Source: Antedon mediterranea
Lineage: Eukaryota > Animalia > Echinodermata
DNA length: 64,000 nucleotides
Reading direction: 5' to 3'
NCBI RefSeq assembly: GCF_964355755.1
Contig: NC_092673.1
Span: 25,665,648-25,729,647 of the forward strand
Below the pieces are notes generated by a model. That model did no database searches. It was given only the letters and a program-made list of their open reading frames with translations, and was not told the origin of the DNA. The position numbers were made by a program, and so were the translations under genes. The number at the start of each line of letters is the position of its first letter. The stretch's first letter is position 1. Below are positions 12,901-23,450 of this stretch, in pieces.

Positions 12901-15900
12901 TCCCCAACCACCCCATCCAGCCCAATGACATATACAAGGTCCTCAATATCATATTGTCCTATGCAATATACAGTAGAACCAATCCGTTGGCACCAGAGAC
13001 ATATTACCAGAGAATCCAGTAACATCCCTTGCCGACAATTTTGATGTCCTGTAACTCTTTGTTATGTAAATAAGGTTTCCCCTTAATAGAAGTTTTACTG
13101 TACTTAGACATAATACATCATCTTTAATCTTATACATTTACAGCCTGGAAAATATACCGAAAACATGAGCTGGATAACCATGATAGTTGGCTAGCGATAG
13201 ATCTACTCTATAAAGCAACTATAACGAGCATAGCTACACAAGGCGGCTTGCGGGTCGGAACGTTGCATGATTTTCAGGGTTCGATTGGAAGTTTTCAGTT
13301 ACTTTATGGTACAAAGAAAGGCGTCTATAAGGTGGCTTTACCCAGAATACAGGTAAATGTGACATCTACTGTAGGCCTATGAGTCCGTTACTGACTGAAT
13401 TATCGATCCGGTTAAGCTTGGTTCCCACTAGAACGTAACGCAAGGACGTAAACGCAACGCAAGCGTTTAACCAATGACAAGTTATAGACAGTTAGCAATC
13501 ACAAGCGAATAAGCCATCGCTTGTGATTGGTCAATTCGCTTGCGTTGCGTTACGTCCTTGCGTTGCGTCGCTAGTGGGAACCACGCTTTAGTTGGATCCT
13601 ATAGCGACACGACAGCGATAAATGTACATACGTAACCAACTTACCCATGTAAATAATAGGCCTGGACAGAACCTATTACTTGAGACACACAACAAAACAT
13701 AACGTTGTACTGCCATTACCAATAGCACAATATACTTCTACCACTAAAAACGACTCTTTGTCAATGAATGTTAAATGTTAATGTTAGAACTCATAATTTA
13801 CCTTCGGATATTCGATACCTCTTGAAGGGTAGTCGATCGCGTGTGTCTGTTTGAAGATTGTAATTGTTTTCTGCTTTTTTATATAATTTCTAGAGTGATC
13901 CAAACAACAAAACGTATTTTGAACATGGTATACTTGACCCGAGTATTGTAAAGCACCACAGCCTTTTACCAGCCGTCGATGCTCGCTATGTTATGTTCAA
14001 GTTAGAACGTTACTGTCTGCATCATTTTGCAAGCATGAGAGTGGAGTTGTTCGGTTGTTATTACGACGACTTCAATGATACAGGTATATCAAAGCACCGT
14101 TGTTTTTTTTTCTTTTTCAAGCAAGAAATATTAAACATAACTTACCGTTCCTCATCGTACACCACTCTAGATGAGTGGTGCAAGAGGCAGGTAGGCCGGT
14201 CGTGGCCCTCTAGTAGCTAAAACGTGTAAAAATCAAGAACGTAATTATTTTAGGATTACAAAATAATCTAAAAGGCCATCACAACCACTGCCGTAACGTT
14301 GATAACGATCCCTCTGCCTCTGGTGATATATTTTATATATATGATATGATATGGTGATCTGGAGAAAACTGCTATGGTCATTTTCCGTTCATTTCACCAA
14401 ACAAGTGTGAACTTTGCTATGAGCACGCCATTATTAACTACCAGTAGCGGATCCAGGATTTTGAAATAGGGGGAGGGGGGGGGGCCTTAAAGTAGTGAAA
14501 TGAATTGCTGAACTTAATTTGATGTCCTATCTTTTGCATTACAATTTGTGAAATGTTTGGGCCCCGCATTGAATCCGCCTCTGACTACTGACAACGCATT
14601 AACATACTATGTGGCCGTATTTCCAGAATGCTATAGAATGACAGATGCTGTTGATTATCGAGGCTCAGTCAATATCACCGTAACTGGGAAAACGTGCCAA
14701 CTTTGGACATCACAGACACCCCATAGGCATACAAGAACTCCAAGCAATTATCCTGATACGGGTTTAGGCAGTCACAACCACTGCCGTAACCCCGATAACG
14801 AACCAACTGCCTGGTGTTATACAACAGATCCGACCTCTAGGTTTGAATTTTGTGATATCGGCAACCCTGGAGAAAATTGTTACGGTATTAGTATAGTTCT
14901 TCAACGTAGCAAAACAGTGTACCTCACTATCACGCCATTTATAGTTATCACCACACAAGGCACTTGGTCTGTTTATTTGTCTTATGTGTGTATGCCTGAT
15001 AACTGTTCTTTTACAGACGACAGAGTTTTATGTACGTTTTATATTTTGAGAGATACATAAGCTAACAGCAATGCATTCACAGTGCTTTTATGTATGAGTA
15101 AACTCGTCTCTGTCCCGTCAAGTGGCAATGCCGTTCGTTGTGCAGGCTAAAGAATAGGCCTAGATGGTTCGGATCTGGCGGCTTGGCATTCTATCAGATG
15201 TATGTTTTATCGCACTATAATAGTTTTAACACCACATTTGTATTGTATAATAACATAGATTTTGGTTTGTATATAGTATTTAGACTGTTGATATTATAAA
15301 CTTTGCACATGATACGATCGTAGTTCTGATAACAACAGTTTCTCTGCGTTTTGATCAATAAGCTTCGACGTATGCAAGGATATAATGTACAGTATATTAG
15401 TACAACCCTGTTTAGGGACACAAAATAGTACGTGTCCCCTTTATTTGAATGTCCCTTAAGCATGGTTCCCACTAGAACGCAACGCAACGACGTATTGACG
15501 CAAAGTGCTGTATTGCGTTATCACAAGTGGGAATCGACGACGCAACAACAGTGCTGCAAATATCGCAGGTTTGATTTCACGCAGGCGAGGGCAAACACAA
15601 TTGTTGGAAGGGCATTTTCTTCCGTTGCGTAGGTTGCGTTACGTTGCGTCGCTATTGGGAACATAAGCTTAAAGCTTGGTTCCCACTAGAACGTAACGCA
15701 AGGACGTAAACGCAACGCAAGCGTTTTAACCAATGACAAGCGAAGTTATAGACAGTTACCAATCACAAGCGAATAAGACATCGCTTGTGATTGGTCAATT
15801 CACTTGCGTTGCGTTACGTCCCTGCGTTGCGTCGCTAGTGGGAACCACGCTTTAGGAGTTAGCCGTAGTGCTAAAATAAATATTTCCTCTGGCTCTTTTT

Positions 15901-17808
15901 AGGGAAAAGTCTCTATTAACAGAGACGTATTATAAATTGTGTCTGAATTATTGATGTATGCTATATTGGTGAGATCACCTTTCCATAATTAATACGATAT
16001 TTTTATTATCCATACTATTTTCAGATTGTACTGTCTCCAATTCATTCCAGTCAGGCCTTGGTGAACAATCACGAGGCTTCATGGTAGTTGATGATCAACT
16101 ATTTGTTTGCGATTCTTTACCGTCCAAATTAGAATACAGTGACGATGCATTCGGAAATAGACTTTATTATAACTTTACACGGTGCGTGTTTATTAATGTT
16201 TTTATTGTTTAATAACAAAATTAAAATGTAGTTTTAAATCTTCCTAGTACAATTCTGGTCATTTTCACTACATATATTAATGGATACACAGGTAGTGAAA
16301 CAAGTTGTATAACAAACAAAAATACAAATTCTATATCTCTCTCTCTCCCCCTCCCCCTCTGGAACTAAATAGGCACAATAAGTTTTAATACGAGGATCAA
16401 CACCTTATTATTCAGTGGACACTGTTATGAAAGGGAATTGTTTTGGGCCTGTACTGAACGTGTCTCCTTAGTAGGACTTCTACAAATACAATGTTTATTA
16501 TTGTTTTTCTTCTGCCCGTAGAAATAATATGTTGGGATCATATTGTATGAAGAAACGATTTGATGAACAAACTTGGTCACGTAAGTATTATTTACGTCTA
16601 CGTTAAAGGCACCTATAAAAACAATTCCTGAGGAAATGCGTTTGTAAGAATATCTTATAAATAAAACTTAGTCAGGAATTACGTCGCCATTTTGATTGTC
16701 ACAGACGTTTGTTGTTATCGGTGTATCCTCATTTTTTTGTAACACCCGGGTGTCACTGGGTTATTGTAAAGTGAGGATGGATGGTACGATCCCTCAATAG
16801 GCCTAATATCTTTATTGAAGTCTGATTTAACCTTTCCTCAGGATTATGATACTTAAAATAATTTAAAGTTTGATGGCACTAGTTACAAGTCGTTATGCGT
16901 GATTGATTAATGGATGACGTAATGCATAAACGGCATAAATAGGGAGAAGGATTTGTAATCTGGGGTGACTGGGAGTCTGGTATGCGTCATACTATTGTAA
17001 CAAGACATATGTTGCAATTAGTTATACATTCTCTTTCCTGAGCTGATCGTTCAATTCATAAAACTGACCAGAATTGCACTTTTCCACTTTTGAAGGCTTG
17101 CCACCAGACGTTAGCATGCTTCTAGGTTACGATTCGGAGTCGTTCCATTTATACGGCACAAAGATCTCTGATACAAGTGGCACGGCAGTGCGCAGCATTG
17201 ATAATGGACGTAGCTGGCATGTGATGATGTCATGGATGTATGCCGAAATAAGGGACTCTTCTACGTTTGTATCAATAACAAACGTGCCAGTAAAGGCAGA
17301 AGATGATTTTAATTGGTTGAATCAGTCAAATATTCTTAATAATTATATCATTGGAAATATAGGAGGTAAGAAGACGGTTTTTATTTATTATCGTATTTGT
17401 GTTTTAAAGCTTAAATAATATCTTTCTTTTTTTATTTCATACGCATCCAATAGCGAGTGACTCGCCAATTACAGGATGGATAAACTATTTAATATTTTAG
17501 GTGCTTATTTGAGGCTTAGGAAGTGGAGTTGAAAGAGTCGTGAGTTACAACCCTGGTACTAGGTCAGGATTGAACCCCGGACCTTAGGATAGGAAGGCAA
17601 GCACGCTAACCACCAAGCTACAGCTCTACTTTGATCTGCATGTTCTATATTTACGTTTATACATTAACATATTCTATCTATTTTATTTCACTCTATAGCA
17701 TCCTATGACGGGATATATACGAATGTGAACGGCGACTGGCAAAGACTACTAAATTGGAAACAGTGTTGTTTGCAATCGACTGCCAACTATACACAACCAT
17801 GTGTATAA
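735..17808 (+). CDS. Probably 5'-partial, 21-exon gene for a large extracellular mosaic protein (beta-rich repeats + C-type lectin + F5/8 type C discoidin + kringle + Asp-box C-terminal region)
   Basis: Exons 735-932, 1519-1770, 2044-2256, 3424-3688, 4342-4526, 6100-6382, 8210-8388, 8740-9058, 9363-9686, 10042-10161, 10345-10561, 11028-11187, 12040-12259, 12664-12801, 13144-13352, 13894-14083, 14627-14884, 16025-16181, 16522-16580, 17096-17365, 17699-17808. All have AG/GT boundaries with matching phases and join to 4326 nt (1441 aa + TAA). No signal peptide is seen and position 735 follows a splice acceptor (tttcag). Confidence 0.88.
975..1174. mobile_element. Kolobok-like MITE
   Basis: TTAA|AGGACAACT...AGTTGTCCT; internal inverted repeat ATCGCGAGATTAAGGATATCGC / GCGATATCCTTAATCTCGCGAT. 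Confidence 0.6.
1519..1770 (+). CDS. mosaic protein exon
   Basis: aaatag|ATAGAT...TCTACG|gtaaga; IDNDIKLDLERTEGDQVMHPGDK... Confidence 0.82.
2044..2256 (+). CDS. mosaic protein exon
   Basis: ttcttctag|CGATAT...ACTGAG|gtatga; open frame RYKYAAY...FITNLTTE. Confidence 0.8.
2326..2520 (+). mobile_element. 5S rRNA-derived SINE (SINE3-like), 5'-truncated
   Basis: 2326-2376 GCCTGGTTAGACCTTGGATGGGAGAC...ATCGGGTGCTGTA resembles the 3' half of 5S rRNA and is followed by a non-5S body. Confidence 0.6.
3060..3165. repeat. interspersed repeat shared with 11770-11870
   Basis: GCGTACTATTGCACG.CATGTGACCC..AATCGTCTAATCAAATGACA is present at both sites. Confidence 0.7.
3424..3688 (+). CDS. mosaic protein exon
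   Basis: cctttag|GAGCCT...TGCC|gtaagt; ends DFGALINC, phase 0/1. Confidence 0.82.
3855..4110 (+). mobile_element. tRNA-derived SINE with Deu/Nin-like central domain
   Basis: A box TGGCCGAGCGG, degenerate B box GGTTTGAGGC, body TCGGATAAGTACTATAAACC; related fragment at about 530-690. Confidence 0.6.
4342..4526 (+). CDS. mosaic protein exon
   Basis: atttcag|AAACT...GAATCC|gtaaga, phase 1/0. Confidence 0.8.
4535..4880. mobile_element. PIF/Harbinger-like MITE, family B
   Basis: TIR AGCTTGGTTCCCACT / AGTGGGAACCATGCT; ATA and TTA flanks. Confidence 0.8.
6100..6382 (+). CDS. mosaic protein exon
   Basis: tttacag|TATGAC...TCTG|gtaagt; ends MGRMINS, phase 0/1. Confidence 0.82.
6810..7755. mobile_element. 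non-autonomous foldback / hAT-like element with long subterminal inverted repeats
   Basis: Ends GGGTTGGTGAA...TTCACCAACCC; about 200-bp inverted arms built from repeated TCCAAAATACG units; no clear TSD. Confidence 0.75.
7858..8118 (+). mobile_element. tRNA-derived SINE with CORE/Meta-like body and L2-like tail
   Basis: A-box head GTGGCGCAGTG, then TCCTTAGGCAAA...GCCTCTCTCCACCCAGGTGTA and tail AGCGCTTAGAG...GGCGCTATGTAAAT. Confidence 0.6.
8210..8388 (+). CDS. mosaic protein exon
   Basis: taatag|GATAT...CCCGAG|gtaagc, phase 1/0. Confidence 0.82.
8740..9058 (+). CDS. mosaic protein exon
   Basis: ttttcag|ATCCCC...GAAT|gtacgt; ends IEIGPVNKLE, phase 0/1. Confidence 0.78.
9363..9686 (+). CDS. 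C-type lectin domain, first exon
   Basis: CPENWLLGGSKCY...A..MC...LV.V.S.EEN.FV...WLGLSD...EGEWRW matches the CTLD consensus; phase 1/1. Confidence 0.9.
10042..10161 (+). CDS. C-type lectin domain, second exon
   Basis: NWKSIKTCDSTKNCAFMDINGTWVSRSCDEGLTMNVVCEQ; phase 1/1. Confidence 0.88.
10345..10561 (+). CDS. mosaic protein exon
   Basis: atttag|GAGCA...GTACA|gtaagt, phase 1/2. Confidence 0.8.
11028..11187 (+). CDS. mosaic protein exon
   Basis: tttgcag|ATCTTTG...ATATTG|gtgagt, phase 2/0. Confidence 0.8.
11268..11541. repeat. about 20-bp minisatellite (ATGAATGGACGAACACACGA)
   Basis: About 13 degenerate tandem units; explains the spurious minus-strand ORFs here. Confidence 0.9.
12040..12259 (+). 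CDS. mosaic protein exon
   Basis: tttctag|ACGTCC...TTAG|gtacgt, phase 0/1. Confidence 0.8.
12664..12801 (+). CDS. F5/8 type C (discoidin) domain, exon 1
   Basis: CTSPVALGMESGRIKDCQITSS...ARLN is the typical FA58C start. Confidence 0.9.
13144..13352 (+). CDS. F5/8 type C domain, exon 2
   Basis: AW...WLAIDL...ITSIATQG motif; phase 1/0. Confidence 0.88.
13415..13587. mobile_element. PIF/Harbinger-like MITE, family A
   Basis: Palindromic element of about 175 bp with TTA on both sides; near-identical to 15673-15851 and 38537-38715. Confidence 0.85.
13894..14083 (+). CDS. F5/8 type C domain, exon 3
   Basis: ARYV...SMRVELFGC motif; phase 0/1. Confidence 0.88.
14279..14378 (+). pseudogene. decayed kringle pseudo-exon fragment
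   Basis: TCACAACCACTGCCGTAAC..GATAACGA...CTGGTG.TATA...CTGGAGAAAA.TG.TA.GGT parallels the real kringle exon at 14773-14886. Confidence 0.7.
14442..14583. mobile_element. short hAT-like MITE
   Basis: CAGTAGCGGATCC...GAATCCGCCTCTG termini with a G-run; partial copy at about 22968-23005. Confidence 0.55.
14627..14884 (+). CDS. kringle domain exon
   Basis: CY...YRG...T.TGKTCQLW....PH.H....YP..GL..NHCRNPD.....WCYT......EFC; single phase-1/1 exon. Confidence 0.93.
15459..15851. mobile_element. two adjacent MITEs (family B 15459-15669 + family A 15673-15851)
   Basis: Two TIR-bounded units separated by a shared TAA. Confidence 0.85.
16025..16181 (+). CDS. mosaic protein C-terminal region exon
   Basis: tttcag|ATTGT...ACACG|gtgcgt, phase 1/2. 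Confidence 0.78.
16522..16580 (+). CDS. mosaic protein small exon
   Basis: ccgtag|AAAT...TCAC|gtaagt; NNMLGSYCMKKRFDEQTWS, phase 2/1. Confidence 0.75.
17096..17365 (+). CDS. mosaic protein exon with Asp-box (SIDNGRSW)
   Basis: tgaag|GCTTG...GGAG|gtaaga; contains S-x-D-x-G-x-S-W. Confidence 0.8.
17458..17627 (-). mobile_element. tRNA-derived SINE (same family as 61768-61922)
   Basis: Reverse complement has A/B boxes (TAGCTTGGTGGTTAGC, GGTTCAATCC) and the shared ATCCATCCTGTAA segment. Confidence 0.65.
17699..17808 (+). CDS. terminal coding exon of mosaic protein
   Basis: ctatag|CATCC...; ASYDGIYTNVNGDWQRLLNWKQCCLQSTANYTQPCV*. Confidence 0.82.
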
Positions 17809-18075
17809 GTATTTTTTAGATTAACGATTATGCAGCTTTCTCGTTTTAGTTGTCTTAAACAGTCTGGTTTTGGGTGTGACGACGACGATCATTCAAGAAT
17901 ATTATCTTTACATAGGTCTTACAGTTTTGACAAGTAGAAACCATTTAGTACACCTCTAAAGGATGGGTAGGATTAAAGTTGACAGTTTATTTCATCTTTT
18001 ATTCATTCATTTGGTTTAATAACTAAACTACAAAATGGCCTATTCGAAGTTTTTATTTTTCATGTTCAAAGATAC

Positions 18076-18081
18076 AATAAA
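18076..18081 (+). terminator. candidate polyadenylation signal of the mosaic gene
   Basis: AATAAA about 270 nt after the stop, followed by GT/T-rich sequence. Confidence 0.45.
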
Positions 18082-18323
18082 TATATATAATAGTGTGTAA
18101 AGTTGATGATTTTTTCTGGGTTTTTTTTGCTCTCACTTTGTTAATCCACATGACTAACTGTATATAGGCTAAAAGGCATTATACCCTATAAGAACGGTAT
18201 GTGTGTGTCTTAAACATGTTTGGCCTTTTCCTTTTTTGGAATAAAAGAAATTTTTTGTAGTTTTCATTTTATATAGGCCTATAAAAGAAAATAGTAACGG
18301 TACAGTCTCTCTTAGATGTTTCA

Positions 18324-18405
18324 TTGTACGCTAAACTAAGCAGACATAGTATTGAAACAATACTATTGTACGCTAAACTAAGCAGACATAGTATTGAAAC
18401 AATAC
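18324..18405. repeat. 41-bp tandem duplication
   Basis: ATTGTACGCTAAACTAAGCAGACATAGTATTGAAACAATAC twice. Confidence 0.85.
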
Positions 18406-19229
18406 TTAATCATTATTAGCCGATATCTGATTTCGCCTGTTCTCGTGTGTCATTTTAAAAGGCCTATTCTTATTTCGCTCAAATTAAATCAATGGCCAGA
18501 AAAAGCTCCCTCTATTGATGGTTAAGTTATCATAATATAGAGGGAAGCAGAATCAAAATGTTGATTTCTGAGAATAGTATACAGACGTATCATACGACAC
18601 CCATTACACACTACAAAAACATATTACTATTGCTTATTCTGCGGCTAAAATCTTTCCTTCCTTGATATTTCAAAGGAAATTTAAATTTCAAAAAGCTATA
18701 TAAGGAAAAATGTCTAGAACGTATGATGGGCCTATTATTATTTCTTAGAAGGTTATCCTTAGGCCTAAATAAATTTAATACCATAATTATCAGTAAGTAA
18801 ATGTCTAAATTCGGTAATTCACAACCGGTAATTATATATTGCATTTTGTTACCACCGTATTAGTTCTTATACCGTATTTATTCATATATCACGGCCAGGG
18901 ACGTGCATTGTTCGGGAGATGGGAAAGCGTCTTTCGAAGGGAGGGATTTAGTTGTTGAGTGGTAATGGTAACGTGTCAAAATCAAATACATTTCCCTGAC
19001 AAACAAAGTAGAACACAATTAGCAGGAAGTGAAATACAGTAAACCTACAAATTATTGTATCAAAATGCTTGGTGAATTGTAGATCATGACAGACGGTCAA
19101 TGTATTATACTACGTTTACGTTTTTCGAGTTGGAGGGCCTTTAATTTAAATCGTACAATAATTGGCGCCAGTAACTCTCCCGTTCCCTCGCGTTTCTTGA
19201 ACGGAAGTGACGATTTTTTAATCAGGTGC

Positions 19230-19335
19230 ATGGCGGCTGGATCGAACCAACAGAATACCGCGAACCGTTCAGTTATTCAAAAAATATACATAGCAAGGAG
19301 GAAGAGCAAAGCAACCACAAACAAAACTGACCTTT
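19230..19335 (+). CDS. candidate first coding exon of a third, unidentified gene
   Basis: CpG-richer patch with CGGAAGTG (19202-19209), ATGGCGG start, open frame MAAGSNQQNTANRSVIQKIYIARRKSKATTNKTDL and a consensus GTAAGT donor. No convincing downstream exon was found. Confidence 0.4.
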
Positions 19336-20866
19336 GTAAGTAGAAATATTCGTTATTTACACATTTTAAATCTATGTTTGTGCTCATTATATTATATTTA
19401 ATGTCCAGACTGATTGTTAGTAAGGGAAACACACAGTCACATGAAAAAACACGTAGTAGAATCATAAGCGATTCAGACGGTTTCTTAATATGTAAACTTA
19501 CATTAAGTCCCTGTGACGTCACAGTTATGTAATCGTTAATGTACAGTTGATACGCTGTCCTTAGGCCTACACCAGGGAAGAGTGAAATTCACACTCATCC
19601 TCGGTTATAATATAAAGTATATTATAAACATATTTACACCAACAGTTTTTAATTAAACCCGACTACCATGTGTAAATAAAACACTACCATTGATAGTCGA
19701 ATGTATATGATTATACTTATTAATAATTATATGTATTAATAATAATAATATTTTAGTAATTTCCAGAATCAATCTACTATGCAAGGTTATATTGTATATC
19801 ATTTTTAGATCACCTTGTGGAATTATTATTATTGTTTCTTGTACATTGTTGTAATCTATATCTACCGGTTGTTAATGACGGCGCTGGTTCAGTAGTCCCG
19901 CTAGTATTTATAAGACATCCTTTGGGACTAAAGATTAATGTCTGGAACACAACAGATAATCTACTTGCCACAAACGTGTTTATCTCCTCGTATTTATTAT
20001 CGAATATTTATTAAAACTATGATAAATCATGTATTATATGATTCCTCCGGAGGAATAAGTAGATTTTAAGAATTAATAATTTAAATGCTAATACACTTAC
20101 TGACATCATAACGTCAGTGTACCATATGTTAACGGCCGTGGTATCAACTGGAAAAAGATGTTTATTAATTTGTTTATATGAAATTCTATGGTAATTAAAA
20201 AAGCGTTACAATAAAATTTAATTAAAAATGCATTTACGGTGCATAATTTTTAAACCTATTGTAAGTTTATACATGCGTTCCACTATTATATACGTAGAAC
20301 CATTATTTAGTCGACGACTATCAGGTTGACACCTTCACGTGACACTAAGGAGAGGTTCTTAAGCTCTGTCTACACTATCAAATTTATGTGACAAAAACAT
20401 GTGAGGTGCCCATACATTGACACGATTACGTCATATCACTACCATATTTGGGCATATCACACTTGCTTTAAATCCAGAAACAATCATTACGGTATTTTTC
20501 TTTGAATATGTTTTGCTCTTTTGTCCTTAATTATGTCTAGATTCAAGATTCAAGATTCAAGAAATTTTATTTGTCCATAAAAATGGAAATTCACTTTGCT
20601 TGGTAGATTAAAACAACAATATTAAATATCTAAATATTAGACATCAATATTAGTACATAATCAACAAGAGAACAATGTGTTGTTTTATGTGGGCGAATTA
20701 TAGGTTACATGGGAGAATGTTAATATTTGTTAACAGGTAGACCTATTAAAGTTATTATTTAAAAAACAATGTTGTTGAAAGACCTAACATTAGGCTTATT
20801 GTAATTTTGAACGAACTGAAGAAAGTAGTATCACAGTCAACATTCATTTTTTTTTTGATCTAAAAT

Positions 20867-21018
20867 TGTCATCTCAACGTCGTTGTCGACGTCGTCATCT
20901 CAACGTCGTCGTCGTCGTCGACGTCGTCATCTCAACGTCGTCATCTCAACGTCGTCATCTCAACGTCGTTGTCGACATCGTCATCTCAACGTCGTCATCT
21001 CCCTCGTCATCTCAACGT
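20867..21018. repeat. CGTCATCTCAA / GTC-rich minisatellite
   Basis: About 7 units of GTCATCTCAAC interleaved with GTC triplets. Confidence 0.85.
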
Positions 21019-23450
21019 AATTATCATTTATTTCCTTAATTTGTCGTCATCATCATCTTACAATAAATGTGCAGCAATGAGGCAAAAGTCAGCTGTAGAT
21101 TGAAGGGGGTGCGAATATTTTTTTTAGTTCCAGAGTTCCTCTAAAAAGCTAACAAGTTTTGTTGTTTCCAACAGTAAGACTAAGATAACATAAGAGCATA
21201 TCGAAATCTCGGTTAGCAGTCTATATACACTATTCACGTCTCCTAAAATGCTCACACTGGCGTTTTGTACAGCTTGTACCAACTCCACAGATTTGCAGGC
21301 GTGATGTGGAAAAGGGTTTTTAGTCTATATATGTTGCATTGATCTATAAAATAATATCTCGTTTAGCAGTCATTCACCAGTCACATCGCCTATAGACTAG
21401 ACAATCTCACCCTGGCGTTTTGTACAGCCTGTGCGAACTCTAGAGATTTTCTAGGCGTGACTTGAAAGGGCTATTCCAGTATTTCGTAGGCCTACCTGTT
21501 TTTTTAAACGTTAGTTCCACCTCTTTAAGCCAGTCTACGCCTTGTACAACATCCTTGTCACTTAATGATTTTATTTTGACATATTAAGCTGCTTATGATT
21601 GGGTTATGTTTTGGTCCCAATTCCAAAACAACTGATATTTTAATTAGCCTATGATGTTAAATTCACGAGAGTGGAAATTGTCGAACTATTGCAGATCATT
21701 CGTTTTCTCTCAAATCTTTAAATATCACGAATTACTAATCATTGTTTTAAATTACAGAACTATAATCACACATTATATATATATATGTTTTTCATTTATT
21801 TTATTAAAAAAAGCAGTGTTAAAATATTTGACATAGAAATTTTTTTTTTTTAGTTTTTTGCCTTTTTTATTACGAAATGGCTGAGAAAAAACAAGAAGCG
21901 ATTTGAAATCATCAGCACTGCTAGCCATTGCAGAACTTAATATATATATTTAACAAGGTATAAATAACTTATATAATGATTATAAAGAAGAATAACATAT
22001 TGCACTATATCATCTTGTATGCGATCTTAACCTTACATGTAAACAACACACATTTAAGATATACTTAAATTCCGACTGAAAGTGGCTTTGTGAATTTTAG
22101 GTGGGCGTTCATAACAACGCTTACCATATCTAAATAATAAATAAGCTCAAGCTTCTACTAATAGCACCTTTATAATATAGGCCAAGCTAAAGACAATGAA
22201 CTACTATATTTCATACCTTTCATTAAAGCTAATATTTTCTATATTTTGCCAAAATAAAGCGAAAATTTGGTCTTATTGGAATAATTACTAGCATGACGTC
22301 ATACATTATGCATTTTAAATGAGATCAATTTTTGGAATTAATTATTCAGGATATGGAAAAAATAGTCAAGATTTACATACATGTGGACATTAATGTATGC
22401 TGTATAATGTATTTTACTAAGACAATCGATCAATCTTTTTATTTATAATTTGTTTTTGTAAATTATCACCATTGATAATAACATTAACATTTATAATTCA
22501 AATCCTAATATATTTCAAGCATTAACCATACACAGGCACAAAACGTCCACTAATAAAAAATAAAATTACATTATAAACTGTATAATAAACATTATAAGAT
22601 GCATTAAGATATCAAGCGCTTCCCATACTGCAAAACCAAATTATATAACCTGGATTAGAAGAATGTCGCCTGATAAAAAAAAACATAATTATAACAATAA
22701 AAAATCACAAATATGGAAGTCTTGCCTGATAATTTCCGTTTACCACGTAAATATAACTATATATAATGTTATAAATCAATGAATGTCTGGAGATTATACT
22801 GTCAAACGATATCCGATGACTGGCGTGCGTACAACAATATTACTGTTCATCAAGGTACAAATATTGTATTATACGCTTATAGTCTAATACGAGGTAGCGA
22901 CTGTAGTAATGGTAATGCTATATATACTGTCCGTGTAGGAACACTGTCGCGTTATATCATAACTCGTCAGTGTCAGATCCAGGATTTTTGTAAATAAGGG
23001 GTGGGGCACAGGACCTAACAATTGTAAAGTGTTAAACCTATTCTTTTAATCGTTTGCATTGCGATATTTGAACTGTTAACATAATTCTTAATTATTATTT
23101 TACAATACGAGTTATTAAACTTAGGCCTCCTAATCCGATATAAACGCGTATACGTGCGTAAAGTTGGATATATATTTTGTCTGTATCTCAAAAGTAATAA
23201 TTTTTAACCGTCTACGCAATAGAAATGGGTGAATGTCATTGGTTGTTGTGGCTTTGCGCGCACTAGCCTAAATCAAAGACGATAAATATCAAAGGCATGA
23301 CCCTGTCTCGAACACTAAAACCCTGTTTGAGCTCGCTTAGCGCTACAACCGACTTAATATTTACCCTGCAACAAAATCGAGTGCGTGCTTTTTTGACTGA
23401 ATAAAATGTTCACAAGTTGAATATAACAGACAGAACAATAAATATCTTAA

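Noticed and set aside
19809-20014. Phase-compatible second exon for the 19230 candidate exon
   Set aside because: Weak acceptor context and an implausible low-information peptide; not called as a feature.
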